A stretch of 64,000 nt of DNA from Eledone cirrhosa (GCA_964016885.1 OZ024753.1:31496001-31560000); one strand, 5' to 3'; shown: positions 28,219 to 44,379, counted from the stretch's first letter. Numbers and translations are program-made. Notes: generated by a model from the sequence alone, not told the origin.

Positions 28219-28821
28219 CTCGAGATGCATTGGTCTTCACGATAGTCTACGCAGAAAGTAGGATCGAACCCCAAACCATATGGTTGCGAAGTAAACATCT
28301 TAACCACACAGCCAAACCTATAGATATTTGAGTTGGTATCCAGTTGTATGTTTCGCTGAAATGAATTCTATCACATTTGACATTTATTCCAACGTGATGA
28401 ATTCACTAATTTCTGGTAGATTGTGCTATGACATGCAGGACACTCAATTGGTTCGCGCGCGCGTGTGTGTGTGCGTGCGTGCGTTTGTGTGCGTGCGTGC
28501 GTGTGCGCGCGCGCGCGTGTGTGTGTGTGTGCTTGACAGGCATTACTTTTACTAGGAATATATGACATATAGGGGTCAACATTCAGTGTTTGCGCTGACG
28601 TGATTAATTTTACAAGTCTGGAGAGGCAACATTAGTATTTATATAGTAAATGACTTGTTAGATATATGTGATAGGAATAACTTCTCACTACAGACTCTCT
28701 CTCCCCCCCCCCCTCTCTCTCTCTATATATATATATAAAGTAAACATAAATAACAAAAAAAAAATTGCACAGTACATGTAGGAATTATATTAGTTTAACG
28801 TTTGAAATATCGCAAAGAGAG

Positions 28822-28857
28822 TCTTAATGTTTCGGACACTAGTCCTTCATCAGAAGA
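28822..28857 (-). ncRNA. Minimal hammerhead motif (family E), possibly decayed
   Basis: UCUU-CUGAUGA-A GGAC[UAGU]GUCC-GAA-ACAU-U-AAGA. ACAU is one transition away from the palindrome ACGU. Confidence 0.6.
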
Positions 28858-29084
28858 TAGAGGTAGGAATAGAAGATAGATAGTAAAGAGTGCTGAGAGG
28901 AAGGAACAGGGAAAAAGAGAACAAAAATTGGGGAGAAAAGATCACACGTATGTATTTACTCGGCATATTTATAATCACACTTTTAAGAAAACACACATAT
29001 AAACATGGTCAAATAGGAAGTATGCACTTAAGCCTTTATACCCATATTTCTGATCAGTTTATAATTATAGTCGTAATAATTAAG

Positions 29085-29569
29085 TCTATATTTGGCACAA
29101 GGCCACCAATTTGAATGGAAGGTCGATTAACTAGGCCGCAGTGTGTTACTGGTATTTTATTTTATCGATCCCGGAAGGATGAAAGCAAAGGTAACATCGG
29201 TGGGATTTGAATTCAGAACGTAAAGGGCCTTAATTCTATGCCGCAAAGCCTGTTATCCAATGCCTTACTAATACCGCCAGTCTATTACCAATCCATAATA
29301 ATGAACAGATTCATACAATAACTCCCGTTTATTTAAAGCCAGCCAAGGAATGGGAGCTTTAGAATATGTAGCAATGATGATGAGAGTTTACCAATAATTG
29401 TTTCTAATTTTGGCAAAAGGCTAATAATTACCCAGTGCATTACTGGTACTTTATTTTCTAGACCCCGTAAGGATGAAAACTTAACCTCGGCGGGATTTGA
29501 ACTCAGATCGTAAAGGGACGTAACTATGCTGGAAAGCATGGCGTCCGACTCTCTACCGATACTGGCAAT
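29085..29569 (-). mobile_element. Two SINE family 1 copies (diverged ~29085-29285; closer to consensus ~29394-29569)
   Basis: Reverse complement of the consensus. Confidence 0.82.
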
Positions 29570-30035
29570 GATGTTCCGTAGGCTGTAAGAAGTACAAAAG
29601 CAGAATGAGTATCTGTAAAAACCCTCTTATTATCGTTCACGTGCCCTTACATTCACACATGTGTACACATATACTCGTAAGTTAGCATTCATACATACAT
29701 GTTTTTTGCCTAATGATTAGGGCGTTGACCTCGTGATCACGAGGCCGTGGGTTCAGTTCCTGGACGTGACAGTGCTCTGTTCTTCAACAAAACACTTCAT
29801 TTTAGGTTAATTTCCATCACAGTTTAGTTACAACTATCATGACAACACCCAAGAAACTTAATAAGGCAACTATCCCAGCCTAAAAATGATCAGTAAATTT
29901 CATTTGTTTTTCCCAAACCCATACGTCCGACTGAGAGCATATCTTTTCGATGGCGACAGAGTATTACTCCAGGACTGGAGCCGGTTCTTCTCTCTCTCTC
30001 TCTCTGTTAATCATGTAATTGGTTTCTCTGCTGTG

Positions 30036-30133
<98 letters not shown>

Positions 30134-30379
30134 AATCATGTAATTGGTTTCTCTGCTGTGTGCATCTCTCTCTCTCTCTCTCTGTTAATCATATAATTGG
30201 TTTCTCTGGTGTGTGCATGTGTCTCTCTCTATATATATATGTGTGTGCAGTTACGTGAGTAGAAAAAAAATTAACATTTTATTGCAATACATATATCTAT
30301 ATTATATATTTTATGATCTTTCTGCATTTCCCCCGCTTTCACTGTACAGATGCACTATAAACACGAACACACACACACG

Positions 30380-31920
<1,541 letters not shown>

Positions 31921-32058
31921 GTATACACATGTGTATGTGCACGCTTTATGTGTTTTTATATATCGATACAGTGATTGATTGCAATGTCTTTGCACCATAT
32001 CAGTAAAATATCGATCAATTTAACTTTATTTTTCTCACATATTTTTCCTCTATTTCAG

Positions 32059-32170
32059 TCATTGTGTTATGTGCCTCCCCGAACACGGTGCGAGAAATAA
32101 TGATAAAAGCTGCTGAACTGAATTTTGATAACGGAGAATATGTTTTCTTCAATATCGATCTTTTCCAAAG
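32059..32170 (+). CDS. Internal coding exon of a receptor-type guanylate cyclase / natriuretic peptide receptor-like gene (ANF-receptor extracellular domain)
   Basis: Polypyrimidine acceptor ttttcctctatttcAG before 32059 and donor AAAG|GTAAGT after 32170. The 112-bp phase 1/2 exon reads IVLCASPNTVREIMIKAAELNFDNGEYVFFNIDLFQ, matching the NPR-family ectodomain pattern (hydrophobic-C-x-S-P..R.hM..A.......YVFF.hDhF). Confidence 0.85.
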
Positions 32171-32214
32171 GTAAGTTACACTAACTTTTCTGTATTGGTT
32201 AAGTCATACATTTG

Positions 32215-32306
32215 AACTACTACTACTGCTACGACTATTGCTACTACTATCACTACTTCTACGACTACTACTAGTACTACTGCTACTACTGCTGCTGCTG
32301 CTGCTG

Positions 32307-32383
<77 letters not shown>

Positions 32384-32470
32384 GCTGCTGCTATTACGAC
32401 TACTCCTACTACTTCTACTACTATTACGACTACTACTACCATTACTACTACTACTACTACTACTACTACT
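32215..32470. repeat. (CTA)n/(CTG)n trinucleotide repeat
   Basis: Direct inspection. Confidence 0.95.
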
Positions 32471-32639
32471 CTACTTGGATGTAACTTTACGGAGTTAGCT
32501 CGATTTTTAAAACGATAGAACGCCGTCCGAAAGTACAGATGGCTACGTTTGTTCCTGTGATTATTTTGTTGTTGTTTAGCCCTACCTCAGTTCTGGTCAA
32601 CAATTTATATGGTCCATATATTATGTTGATATGGGGGGG

Positions 32640-32850
32640 GGGGTGACAGTATTGATAAAGTGTCGGATGAAATGCAGTTGCGGTATTTGTAGTGTAACTT
32701 TACATTCTGAGTTCAAATCCAACCAGAATCAATAATGCTATTATCCTCCCGGACTCGATAAAATGAAGTACCAATCAAGTATTGTGGTTGATTTCATAAA
32801 CTTTTCCTCTTCTTCAAATTTGCTGGTCTTGTGACTAAATAGGAAATCAA
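32640..32850 (+). mobile_element. Diverged SINE family 1 copy
   Basis: gagttcaaatcc...cgataaaatgaagtacca...ttgctggtcttgtg. Confidence 0.7.
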
Positions 32851-35800
32851 TATCTTACATTGGTGTTCTGATCTCGTTACCCGTTTTTTCTTTTTTCTTT
32901 TACGAAATTACCGAGACTTTTGCAGTAATACATCTCTGAATATATTTAGGTCCACATCATGTACTTCTCCGTTTTGTAAAATGGCGGCGTGTGAAGTGTG
33001 GGAAATTTAGCTACTATTTTTGGAATATACTGTTTTCACACTGGTACCAAGGAGGTACTGTTAATTGTATTACTTGTGACCGTAAACAGCAGTAGCACTG
33101 TAGAATTGATGTGTGCTTCGTTAATTTGATTTAACGATTTCAGTTCTCTAGTAAAATAAAATAGAATCATAATCAGACGAGGGGAATGTGTTTATTACAT
33201 GCTGATTATTGGTACACATGACCTGAGTCAGGGTCCGCAACTCCGTCCTCAGTCACAATTTCCCTATCAATACATAATTAATTAATATGTAAACAGCATG
33301 AACATCACCGTATCTTTATATTTTTCTTACAAGAAAGATATTATAGCATGCTCCCTATACGCCGAACGCAGCTCAGATGTACTGTCTGGCCAAGTGTATA
33401 GAGTATACTCCTTTTGTATTTCCTCACTTTTTTGTCTTTCTATTTTCCTTTCGTTCGTTATGTTTGTCATTATGATATAAATGTATTTTAAATTAAATCT
33501 ATTACTCTAAAAAAAGAAACTTGAAGTAACATGGAAGCGCCATCATTAACTGGCTTGAACTGTCAAGCCACAATGAGCTGGTAGGAAAATATCGCCGCAT
33601 CGATCCAAGTATTGTGCATATATTGTGTGACATGACAACAGCATATAAAATATAGAAAACAATCAATGCATGAAAGAAATAACACAAATCTCTCATTGTA
33701 AATGTTCTTAGTAAAAAATGTCGATCTGTTCTAATGGATTAAATTCGGATGTGATAACTTTAGCATCGTTTCCACCACCCGAAGCATTACTTGTAAACAG
33801 AGAGAGAGAGAGAGAGTGAGCGAGAGAGAGAGAGAGAGAGACGCACACACTACAATTACCCTAGCTAACACAACCAGTATACATACACAATATATAAGTA
33901 AATAAATATATAGAGAAACAAATTGTGGAAAACTAGCTTGTTAGATAAAGATTTCAACATTTTTTTTTCATTCAAATAATAGATTGAACATGATATCGTA
34001 ATTTCTATCGATGATATACTTCGCATGCAATTAGTTTATCTGGTATAGCAGATTCCATGTGATAATTGGCAAGGGTGGGATTCAACATTCGCTGATAAAA
34101 TTTTATGAAGAAATCTTTGTATCAGTTTTTGCCTTCCAGAACTGTCAATTCTTTCTGAATACTTCAGCTAAGAAAAAAAAAACAAACAAAAATATTTCTA
34201 ACCAATAATGGCACCCATCAATTTACTACAAACGTAAAGGAAATGTTCAGATATTTTTGTTTAACATTCTGTCATTCTCGAAAGAAAATCATAATAAAAA
34301 TTTGGAGATTTATACCAACTTATATAAATCAAATTTAAAATAGTAATTCAGTGTAAGAATCCTGTGACAATAGCAGTAGATAAAACAATCAACTGGTACA
34401 CGCGTTGAATAAATTCATTACATACTATATATTTTATATGTTCTTCAACATAGGAACATATTCAAGTACTCCACTTCCTTTTTAGTACTTTTTTGAAATT
34501 CACAATCGCCTGTCATGTTTTAAAGCTTCATCCTCTTGATAAATCTTGTTTCCGATCTACAACTATAGTATTATCTTATTTCTTATATACAGTAATATGT
34601 TCTTGTACCTATTAACGCATGTGAACAAAATAAATATGTTTTATTTCATTGAATGCAAATATATATAATTTATATTGTATCTAAAAATGAATGTACCATA
34701 TACTGGTTACCTATTGATATTAGCAACAAGTTGATCAAGAGAGTATAATGCCTCTCCGCAAGGATATACAGTATATGATTTTCTTCCTGTTAGGATTTCA
34801 GAGTTCTGGATTCCCTCCCTTTAGAAGAGAGAATGGAGGCCCTTTTAAATATGAAGAGCTATTTTTATCTAAAAATAATAATTACAACTGAGCCGCATAA
34901 TTTATTATAAATAAAAGGACATATATCTAGATAGTGTTTTTCTTACTCAATACAATTTTAGGCTTTGAATCATATCAGAAATTGTTACAACGTCCAGGTC
35001 ATAAATCATGTATTTAACATCAATACAAGATTGCAGATTTGATAAAATAATTGGCTGCTAATACACTCCTAGTGTATTATAAACTCGGAAGTGATATATT
35101 TTTGTTCTCATTTATTAATAAGCGACGCAATAACTCTTAAAGTATTTAGAGCATCGCATGCAATGTCTCAGCATTTGTTTCGGCTCTCTTCCGTCAGAGT
35201 TATTCATATATCGGTCAGATCATCTTTGCGTTCCATTCATTCGGGGTCGATATATAAAGTTCTATTCAATGAGTTATGGAATTAGTGGATTTGTTAAGGA
35301 GATAGACTGTATACTCTTTGATATGCATTGTCTTTGTGCGTTCTGAGTTCATATCTTGCGTATTGTCACGAGAAAAGTGATGAGGTTACTGAGAAAATCT
35401 AAGACAAACTTTTGGACTGAAGAAATGAACAATATGCAGATAATTTTCTTTGTCCAGTCTGAGGATTGTCTTCTTTCATTTTCATGAATAATTTCAGAAC
35501 AGAGCATTAGACAGAGAGAGTGTGTGTGTGTGCAACCTAAGAGAGCACGCGTGAAGGAGAGAGAGACTGCAAAAGAAAGAGAGGAGGAGGAGGAGAATTG
35601 AGCTTGTTAGGAAGATAATAAACCTGATCTACTCGGGAATTGAACAGAATGCCGAAACAGACTCTGTAGCCACTACACCTACAACCGCCATCGGTGTCAT
35701 GGCAGAGTTAATGATGTTATAGCAATTTAGTGGATAATAACACACTGGTGTTCTCATATTTAATTCGACATAAAAGAGAATATTAATGACACCAAACAAA

Positions 35801-36090
35801 CGTGGAGAACTATACATATGTATATGTGTGTGTATCTATGTTTACATAGATATACACACATATATATATATGTATATGTGTATGTATGTATATGTATATG
35901 TATGTATATGTATGTATATATGTTTTTATTCATATTTATATATGTGTATATATATATATACATCCATATATATGTATATATATATGCGTGTGTATATATA
36001 TATATATATACACACACACATATATATATATACATATATATACATATATATGTATGTATATATATATATATACATATATATGTGTTTGTG

Positions 36091-36179
<89 letters not shown>

Positions 36180-36316
36180 ATATATGCGTGTGTGTATATA
36201 TATGTGTGTGTGTATATGTGTGTGTGTGTATATATATGTGTGTGTATATGTGTGTGTGTGTGTGTATATATGTGTGTGTATATATGTGTGTGTATATATA
36301 TATATGTGTATATATA

Positions 36317-36349
<33 letters not shown>

Positions 36350-36546
36350 GTGTGTATGTATATATGTATATATATGTATATATATATATATAGTTTCACT
36401 TCAAATGTTATCATGTTTGAAGTCATTTCAGATTGTTTTGTTTACAAAGTTATTCAATAATTTATCCACATAAGAAAATTGAGTATTGTCTCTTAAAATC
36501 TTCTTTATGGCATATATCATTTATTTTTGAAAATGATTGCATATTC

Positions 36547-36582
<36 letters not shown>

Positions 36583-36773
36583 GCAACTGTGTATCAAATT
36601 TTCGTCGCATGTGTAAATGAAATTTATGAATATGAGTGAATATTTTCCTTTTATTGTTCAACTATAATGTTTGTATTATGAAATATCATAAATATCCGCT
36701 TATTCGTTTACGTTAACTGAAAAACATATTTATTATTCATGGCTTCTGATGTGTGTTGTGTTTTAAAAGAAAA

Positions 36774-36805
<32 letters not shown>

Positions 36806-37079
36806 CGTATATATATATATATATATATGCGTATATATATATATATATGTATATATATGTATATATATATATACGTATATATATATTTATTAAAATAACA
36901 GATTAATATATATATATATATATATACGTATATATACTTATATACACTGTCTATGTGTATATATATATATATATATATAGATATACGTATATATACTTAT
37001 ATACACTGTCTATGTGTATATACACGTATATATACTTATATACACTGTGTATGTGTATATATATATATATATATATATA

Positions 37080-37963
37080 CGAGGTGTGTCAGAAAAGTTC
37101 CAGGACTGATGTTACAAAAGATTTATTTCAAACCCAAACTTCGCATTAAGAGTTTTCTCCTTCAAAGTAATCCCCCTGGAGTCTAATGCACTTTTCCATC
37201 CTTTTCTGCCACGCTTGCATGCACTCCTGGAAGGATTCTTCCGGGATCCTCCGCAGTTCCGTCGTGACGGCCTTTTTGATGTTGTCCACGTCTTCAAAAC
37301 GGGTCCCCTCCGGGTACTACTTGAAGATCCATGACTCATCACCGGTGATGACTGTCCCTAGCAAGTCTGGTTCGGTTTCAAGACGCTCGAGGATGTCCTG
37401 GCACACTTGCATGCGTCGACCCTTCTTGTCATGGTTCAACAGTTTTGGCACCATCTTCGCGCAAACTTTCCGCATGTCCAAGTCTTCAGTGATGATCTTC
37501 CAGACGCTGCCCAGCCCATTTGCCATAAGTCGAACAGTCAGCCGATGATCGCTACGCACCATCTGCCTGACGCGCTCAACGTTCACCTCAGTCCTGGTTG
37601 TTGAGGGCCTTCTGCTCTTGGGGTCATCTTCCACGGCGTCGCGTCCTTCTTTAAACCTCTTGCACCACTCAAAGACACGAGAGCGTGATATCGTCTCATC
37701 TCGATACACTTGCTGCAGCAATCCCAGTGCTTCTGACGGAATTTTCAAGTTTGTTCGTTGCTCTGTGCTCATTGCTTGACGACATGAAGCAGAGGACATG
37801 TATATAAAATTATGAAGAAAAAAGTTTGATCGCTGCAGAGAGCTAAGATTACAATTACATACTCCAGGGGGATTACTTTGAAGGAGAAAACTCTTGGTGT
37901 GAAGTTTGGGTTTGAAATAAATCTTTTGTGACATCAGCCCTGGAACTTTTTTGACACACCTCG
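37080..37963 (-). mobile_element. Internally deleted mariner (Tc1/mariner) DNA transposon
   Basis: ~103-bp inverted repeats (37080-37182 / 37861-37963) flanked by TA. Minus-strand transposase MSTEQRTNLK...SRVFEWCKRFKEGR...MVPKLL...TGDESWIF is followed by a deletion and then the C-terminus ...[17 protein letters not shown]. Confidence 0.92.
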
Positions 37964-37989
37964 TATATATCCTTATAAATATACACATG

Positions 37990-38078
<89 letters not shown>

Positions 38079-38668
38079 AAATGAAAGTCTGAAGGCAAGG
38101 TAAAATTCCAATCATTTTAATCACGACATATGTTTCAATAACAGATAGATTGATCGTAAAGCCATGATCAATTATCACTGATCTCATCAGGTGAAAATCA
38201 ATTGTCTTCAAATTTTTGATATGAGGGAGAAAATTAGCAATGTTCACTTACAGAGTTTATTCCCTCAAATGAAGATCCAGTATCACATTTCATTACACGC
38301 ATGTTACACGTTAACATTACAATTTGCAACGTAACATTTTATTCACGCTCGTACATAAAACTACATAGTTAGTTTCCCGTGACGAAAATCGTCTCCTGTT
38401 CAGCAACTATACATGTACACAACGATGCACAACACCTATAGATGAAGGTTATGTATCATCTATATACGTACATTATACATCTATATAAGTGGTATGTACT
38501 TAGCCTATATATTTACAATGTTCCACAGTCATACATATTCAATGTACTTCGCCTATGTATGTAGAATATGTGCATGAATCCTGTACAACATCTATAAACA
38601 TACAATCTACAAGAAGCCTCCAAGTACCACACACATGTATATATACATGGTGCAGCATGTATCATATT

Positions 38669-38930
38669 GGGGGCGCGTGACCTAGTGGTAATGGTGCTGA
38701 ACTTAAGATCATAATGTCGCTGGGTTGCATGTTGTATTCTTAAGCAAGACACTTCATTTCACGTTGCTCCAGTATACTCGGTTAAAAATGAATGCCAGCA
38801 ATTGCTGGGAGATTAATCTCGCGATGGACTGGCGTCCTGTCCAGGGACAAGTTTTGTACTTTCGGTCGTTTCACGCCAAGAAACCGGAATAAGCACCGGT
38901 CAGACGAACGTTAAATGGCTAAAGACAGAC
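38669..38930 (+). mobile_element. SINE family 2 (tRNA head, CORE-like gcaagacactt, V-like gcgatggactggcgtcctgtccaggg)
   Basis: A box tgacctagtgg and recognisable conserved SINE body motifs. Related pieces at ~29705-29830 (+). Confidence 0.7.
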
Positions 38931-40154
38931 TATGGACAGCATCTACCAACCTTAAATAAGATCTTTCAGTACATACATTGCTACGAAAGAATTCAGTCCT
39001 TGCTTTTCACATTTTTCTTACGTTTGCTTTTTTGATCGTTTTTCTTTATTTTTCTTTCCCTTCCCCGTTCCTTCCTGTGTGTCTACCTCGCTATTCTTAA
39101 TTATAAGGGACATTAGATTTACAGCTACTATGTATATCACCTATGGACCTACAACTGACACCAACTGTACAGAACATACCTATAGAAGTATCATTTACAT
39201 CATCTATACTGTATACAGTCTACAACACGTTTTCATGTAAATTAAACATCACCTATAGCGTATTTCGTACAACACCTATACATTATATAATCTATATCAT
39301 CTATACATTTACATTGTGTAGCACTTATGTATTTACATTAACGCCTATAGATGTACAATTTACATCACTTATACATGCACAAGTTACATCACCGCTAGAT
39401 ATAAAATGGACACCAGCTACACACGAACAACTTATATAAACTATACATATCTGTCTCCCTTTTATATTAATTGTAAAACAACGTATACATGTAAATATTT
39501 ATATTTGCTTTGCTGGCGTGTATATGTAGCAATAAACCGCTTCAATGCGTGGTATGTCACAGTGTTTTAATTGAGTAACATATGGAGTGATATGAGATAT
39601 GCATTTTTTATAAAAATATCGATGTCATAGCTGTATGTTAATGGCGAGGCTCGAATATGACACCATGTATGAAGGTTGAGAGTAACTATCATGAAAAATG
39701 CCAATTTCCCAATAATCCGATATCATGCTATTAGAATTCTCTGTATTATAAGGTGAGGATTTTTATGAGCTAAGCAATTCCATACCAACATGTCCTTCTA
39801 TTATTAAAGTAACAGTAGGGTTTGAAAATGTCATAGACGTTAATACATTATTGATGCATGTCTTTAGATCTATTCGTGGGGAGATAAGCAGTATAGCGTT
39901 AGATAACACTAACACTAAAATGTAAATTCATACATACAGGTAATGGTGTTAGGTTTTTGTAGATGAAATAAATGGCTAAAAAAATATATATAAACATATG
40001 TAAGTAGATAGGCACTCACATGCATATATATATATATATATATGCACATATAAATGCACATATATATATATACAGATATGTATGCACTTATATATACATT
40101 TATATGCATATATATATATATATACATATATATGCATATATATATATATACAGG

Positions 40155-40198
<44 letters not shown>

Positions 40199-40501
40199 TA
40201 TATGCATATATATATGCATATATATATATATACATATATATATATATGCATATATATATATACATATATATATATACATATATATATGCATATATATATG
40301 CATATATATATATATACATATACATATATACATATACATATATATATACATATATATATGCATATATATATGTGCATATATATATATACATATACATATA
40401 TGTGCATATATATATATACATATACATATATATGCATATATATACATATATAAACATATATGTATATATACATATATTCATATATAAATGTATACATATA
40501 T

Positions 40502-40556
<55 letters not shown>

Positions 40557-40580
40557 CTGAGTTTCTAACTCAATATATAC

Positions 40581-40627
<47 letters not shown>

Positions 40628-40659
40628 TTATTTGTCTCAAAACCCCCAAATACCTACAT

Positions 40660-40870
40660 CCGACTTCGGTATTGATACTCTTCATGTCTCTCAGTTCTTT
40701 GTGCTATTGCTTGAAAGCAGTCTGATGTTGTCCCCCACCTTTAAGATTTCTAGGCCCTTGTTTATCCAATAATAAGGAACCATGTCAAATGCCTTCTTAA
40801 TGTCTTTGTTAATTTGTTTTTACATGATTTTATTGTAAACTTTCACTGTCCCTGTATTCTTGTATTATTC
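40660..40870 (-). mobile_element. R4/Dong-like non-LTR RT fragment
   Basis: DIKKAFDMVPYYWINKGLEILKVGDNIRLL matches the D.KKAFD.VPH.Wh...L RT motif of RLE-type LINEs. Confidence 0.5.
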
Positions 40871-40939
40871 CCTATATGTGGGCCATAGTGTCTAATAAAG
40901 AAATTATTATTACTATCATTAACACTATTAAAGGACTTA

Positions 40940-41154
40940 TGTGGATTAGCAAATCGGTGGCACGTCAAACAACATGCTTTGCATCACAGAATTATAGTCA
41001 TTTAAATTCTCAGTTCAAATCCCGCCGTTTTACGTTAGCTTTCCCTTTCATCCTTACGGGGCCAATAAATTAAAGCACCAGCAATGCACTGGGGTCGATT
41101 TAATCGAATTTCCCTTCCCCTTCAAATTGTTAGCCTTTTGCCTAAATCAGAAAC

Positions 41155-41196
<42 letters not shown>

Positions 41197-41490
41197 CATT
41201 ATCAAGGGCGGTGGTTTGGCAGTATCAGTAGAGGGTCTGACGCCATGCTTTCCAGCAAAGAGTTATGGCCCTTGCCATTCTGAGTGCAAATCCCGTCGAG
41301 GTTAACTTTGCCTTTCATCCTTACGGGGACGATAAAATAAAGTACCACTAATACACTAGGATAATTGCTGGCCTTGTGCCAAATGTAGAAATAATAATTA
41401 TTATTATTATTATTAAAAATTATATTAATAAAGTACCAGTAATGTACTGGATAATTGCTGGCCTGTTGCCAAAAAGTAGAAACAATTATT
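40940..41490 (+). mobile_element. SINE family 1 cluster (diverged copy, consensus-like copy inserted in its (TTA)n tail, extra 3' fragment)
   Basis: Copies at about 40940-41160, 41206-41395 and 41428-41490. Confidence 0.85.
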
Positions 41491-42039
41491 AACAATTATA
41501 TTGATTTATTAGTCCATTAAAATGATATTTTTCAATGTTTAATGTAATTTGTGTTGAGAATGACTTCAATACTATATTAGTATGTATGTGACTAATGGAT
41601 CTAAAGTCGGAGTTAGATTAAACATAATTAGTAGCTAAAATGGTAATGCAAATTTCTTTAATTAATTCAATATAATATAGGATTTCTTTAAATGTACACG
41701 CTAGAATATCTAATTGCCACAATAAAATTCATGTATGCATTATTATGTAATATTACGTATTATTTCGAATAATATTGAGTTATTACATAACCTTAAATAC
41801 ACGCACACTAACACACACACTAACATACACACACACACACATATATGTGAATGTATGTGTGTGTTTGTGTGAATGCCTGATTATGTATGCATATATATGT
41901 ACGCATCTATAATTGAAAAAATAAAAAGATAACTTTATGCCAGACAGAATAAATAATAGGGCTATATTTTTATATAATAATTAGTGTACATATAGATTTT
42001 GGCGGACCACTGGCGGCTTTATGTGTTAAATTGAGCTCG

Positions 42040-42300
42040 AAAATATCTCTACATTTGCATAGATTTTACCGGGGTGACTTAATAAGAAGAGCCTTTCTAT
42101 TTAGGGCAATCTCTACTGTTTCCCTTTTAGAAAATTAGGATTATCGCATCTGATTAGGTACCTTTCCAGAGATCAAGGCAACCCGGCTCGCACGATTCTG
42201 CCAGAGAATGCCTTCTCTATTTAAGGCTTTTAACATCTCTGGTTGAGTTTCATATTCCCGAAAGTCCTTGCCATATTAGAGCTCTATAACTGTAAAAGAC
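42040..42300 (-). mobile_element. Decayed RTE LINE fragment (RT N-terminal region)
   Basis: GK...PEMLKALNREGILW...SGKVP, followed after frameshifts by IF.KG..RDC..KG.S remnants of the PI.KKG...C.NYRGISL motif. Confidence 0.55.
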
Positions 42301-42492
42301 GTTGGGACTGGATGTAGAAGAGCAGCAAAATAGTAACTTCAACTCGCCTGGTTGCACCTCTCTGAAGAGAAAGGATCCCCCGACAAGTTCCTGGTAGTTG
42401 GCGTGTAAAGTGTCTGATTCTTAAGCAATCTCTCTCTCTCTCTTTATACACACACCTCTCTCTCTCTCTCTCTCTCTCTCTCTACATACATA

Positions 42493-42718
<226 letters not shown>

Positions 42719-43488
42719 ATATTTATGCATGCGTTTGTGAGTGCGTGGTTGGACGGGTTTGTGTATATCTCATTACAGATAGCTAATATGTTTACAAAAG
42801 TGGCCATTTCGAATATCGTTTATAAGATTCGAAGCGTTTTACTAGAATTAAAAAAATTACCCAATCAATATTTTATTTCTGTTCTTTGAAGTGGCTACTT
42901 AGAATCTCGCCAGGAGGACAGATGCAAAATTTCCAAAATAAATATCAAATATGGCATTAAATGTTACTATGATTAAAAAATACTAATTAATTAACGAAAT
43001 AAATCGCATAATGTTGTTTTTATATCATCTGAAATTGTTATTTAAACTCAACCTTCACAAATATGAAGTAGTGAAATGTATTTTGACACATTCATTTCTA
43101 CTTCATATAGTCTGCCTATAAGACATCACAAAAAAATTGAATTCCACTGAAATATTCAATATATAACTTTTATTTAACATTCCAAGCCTATATTTTTAAT
43201 AAATTTACATTTACTCTCATCGTTGAAATATTCAAAATCGTCCCCGCTCCTTGGGACTTCCTCTGCAAAATGAAATCACATACACACAGTTAGTAAGTGA
43301 AACAAACAGAACATAGGAGGCAATTTCACACAGTTATATATGGTTCGCGCTTGTAGGAAGTACACACACAGACACACTCACGCACACACACAGACACGCG
43401 TGTGTGTGTGCGAGAGAGAGAGAAAGTCAACATAGCAAAACAATACGGGGGAATACAAAAGTATACAAAAGGAATGTTATATATATAT

Positions 43489-43673
43489 AGTGGTAGAACA
43501 CTGGAAGGTAATATCCGTAGTGGTAGAGCACTCGGTCCATGGGACGAGTTAGGTAGACGTGGTTACACAACAGTTAGTTCTCCATACCGAGAACAATTGT
43601 TTCACCTTAGCGGATCCGCTAAGGTGAAACAATTGTTTTCGGCATGGTGAACTAACTGTTGTGTAACTACTTC

Positions 43674-43675
<2 letters not shown>
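43489..43675. mobile_element. Palindromic insertion (43554-43675, centre ggatcc) with one-sided extension, flanked by (TA)n
   Basis: 61-bp arms with few mismatches. Each arm contains GAA-ACAAUUGU-U (hammerhead 3' half). Confidence 0.65.
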
Positions 43676-43717
<42 letters not shown>

Positions 43718-44379
43718 TCATCATTGTCAGAAAAAAGAACGTTTTTAAACAGAAAATGGTAGTATACTTCCTTGAGAATCATACAATTCTTACAATGAGA
43801 ATATCATATATATTGATTCCTAATATAGGAAGATTGCCAGGAATTTTTAAGAGGGAGTATAGTCTTTTATATAAAAAAAACTATTACTTGACCCGTTACA
43901 TTATTTTATCGAATTCTGCTTATTTTCTGTGAAATGGTTGAAATCGAATCGCTCTGATATTTTTTATAATCCTTTAGCGATTGATTGAACGTTGATGTGC
44001 TTTTTGTGATCGCCTATTTTTTTACTGTTTTCAGTTTTCATTTAAATTGCTTTGCCTTTCCAGTTCTTTGCTTTTTTATGTATTCTGTTGGCCATACGCA
44101 AGCGTCTAAATTTTCTGTATATCGATTAATAGTTTAGAGGTGCGCTTGTTATATTAACACTGCAATTGACGCACGTGTTTATTCTTGCCACATATGAGGT
44201 AGCCGTTTTACAACATATCAATATTGCTAATGTGATATCCAAATATGTGTCAACATGTCTTGCTAGACCACAATAACAGAAATAACAACTGCATCAACAC
44301 CGACAATAAAAAGAATTGTAATGGATTCTAATCTAGATACAGGGCCAGCAATGACTGATGTTTTTTTTCCGAAATACGT

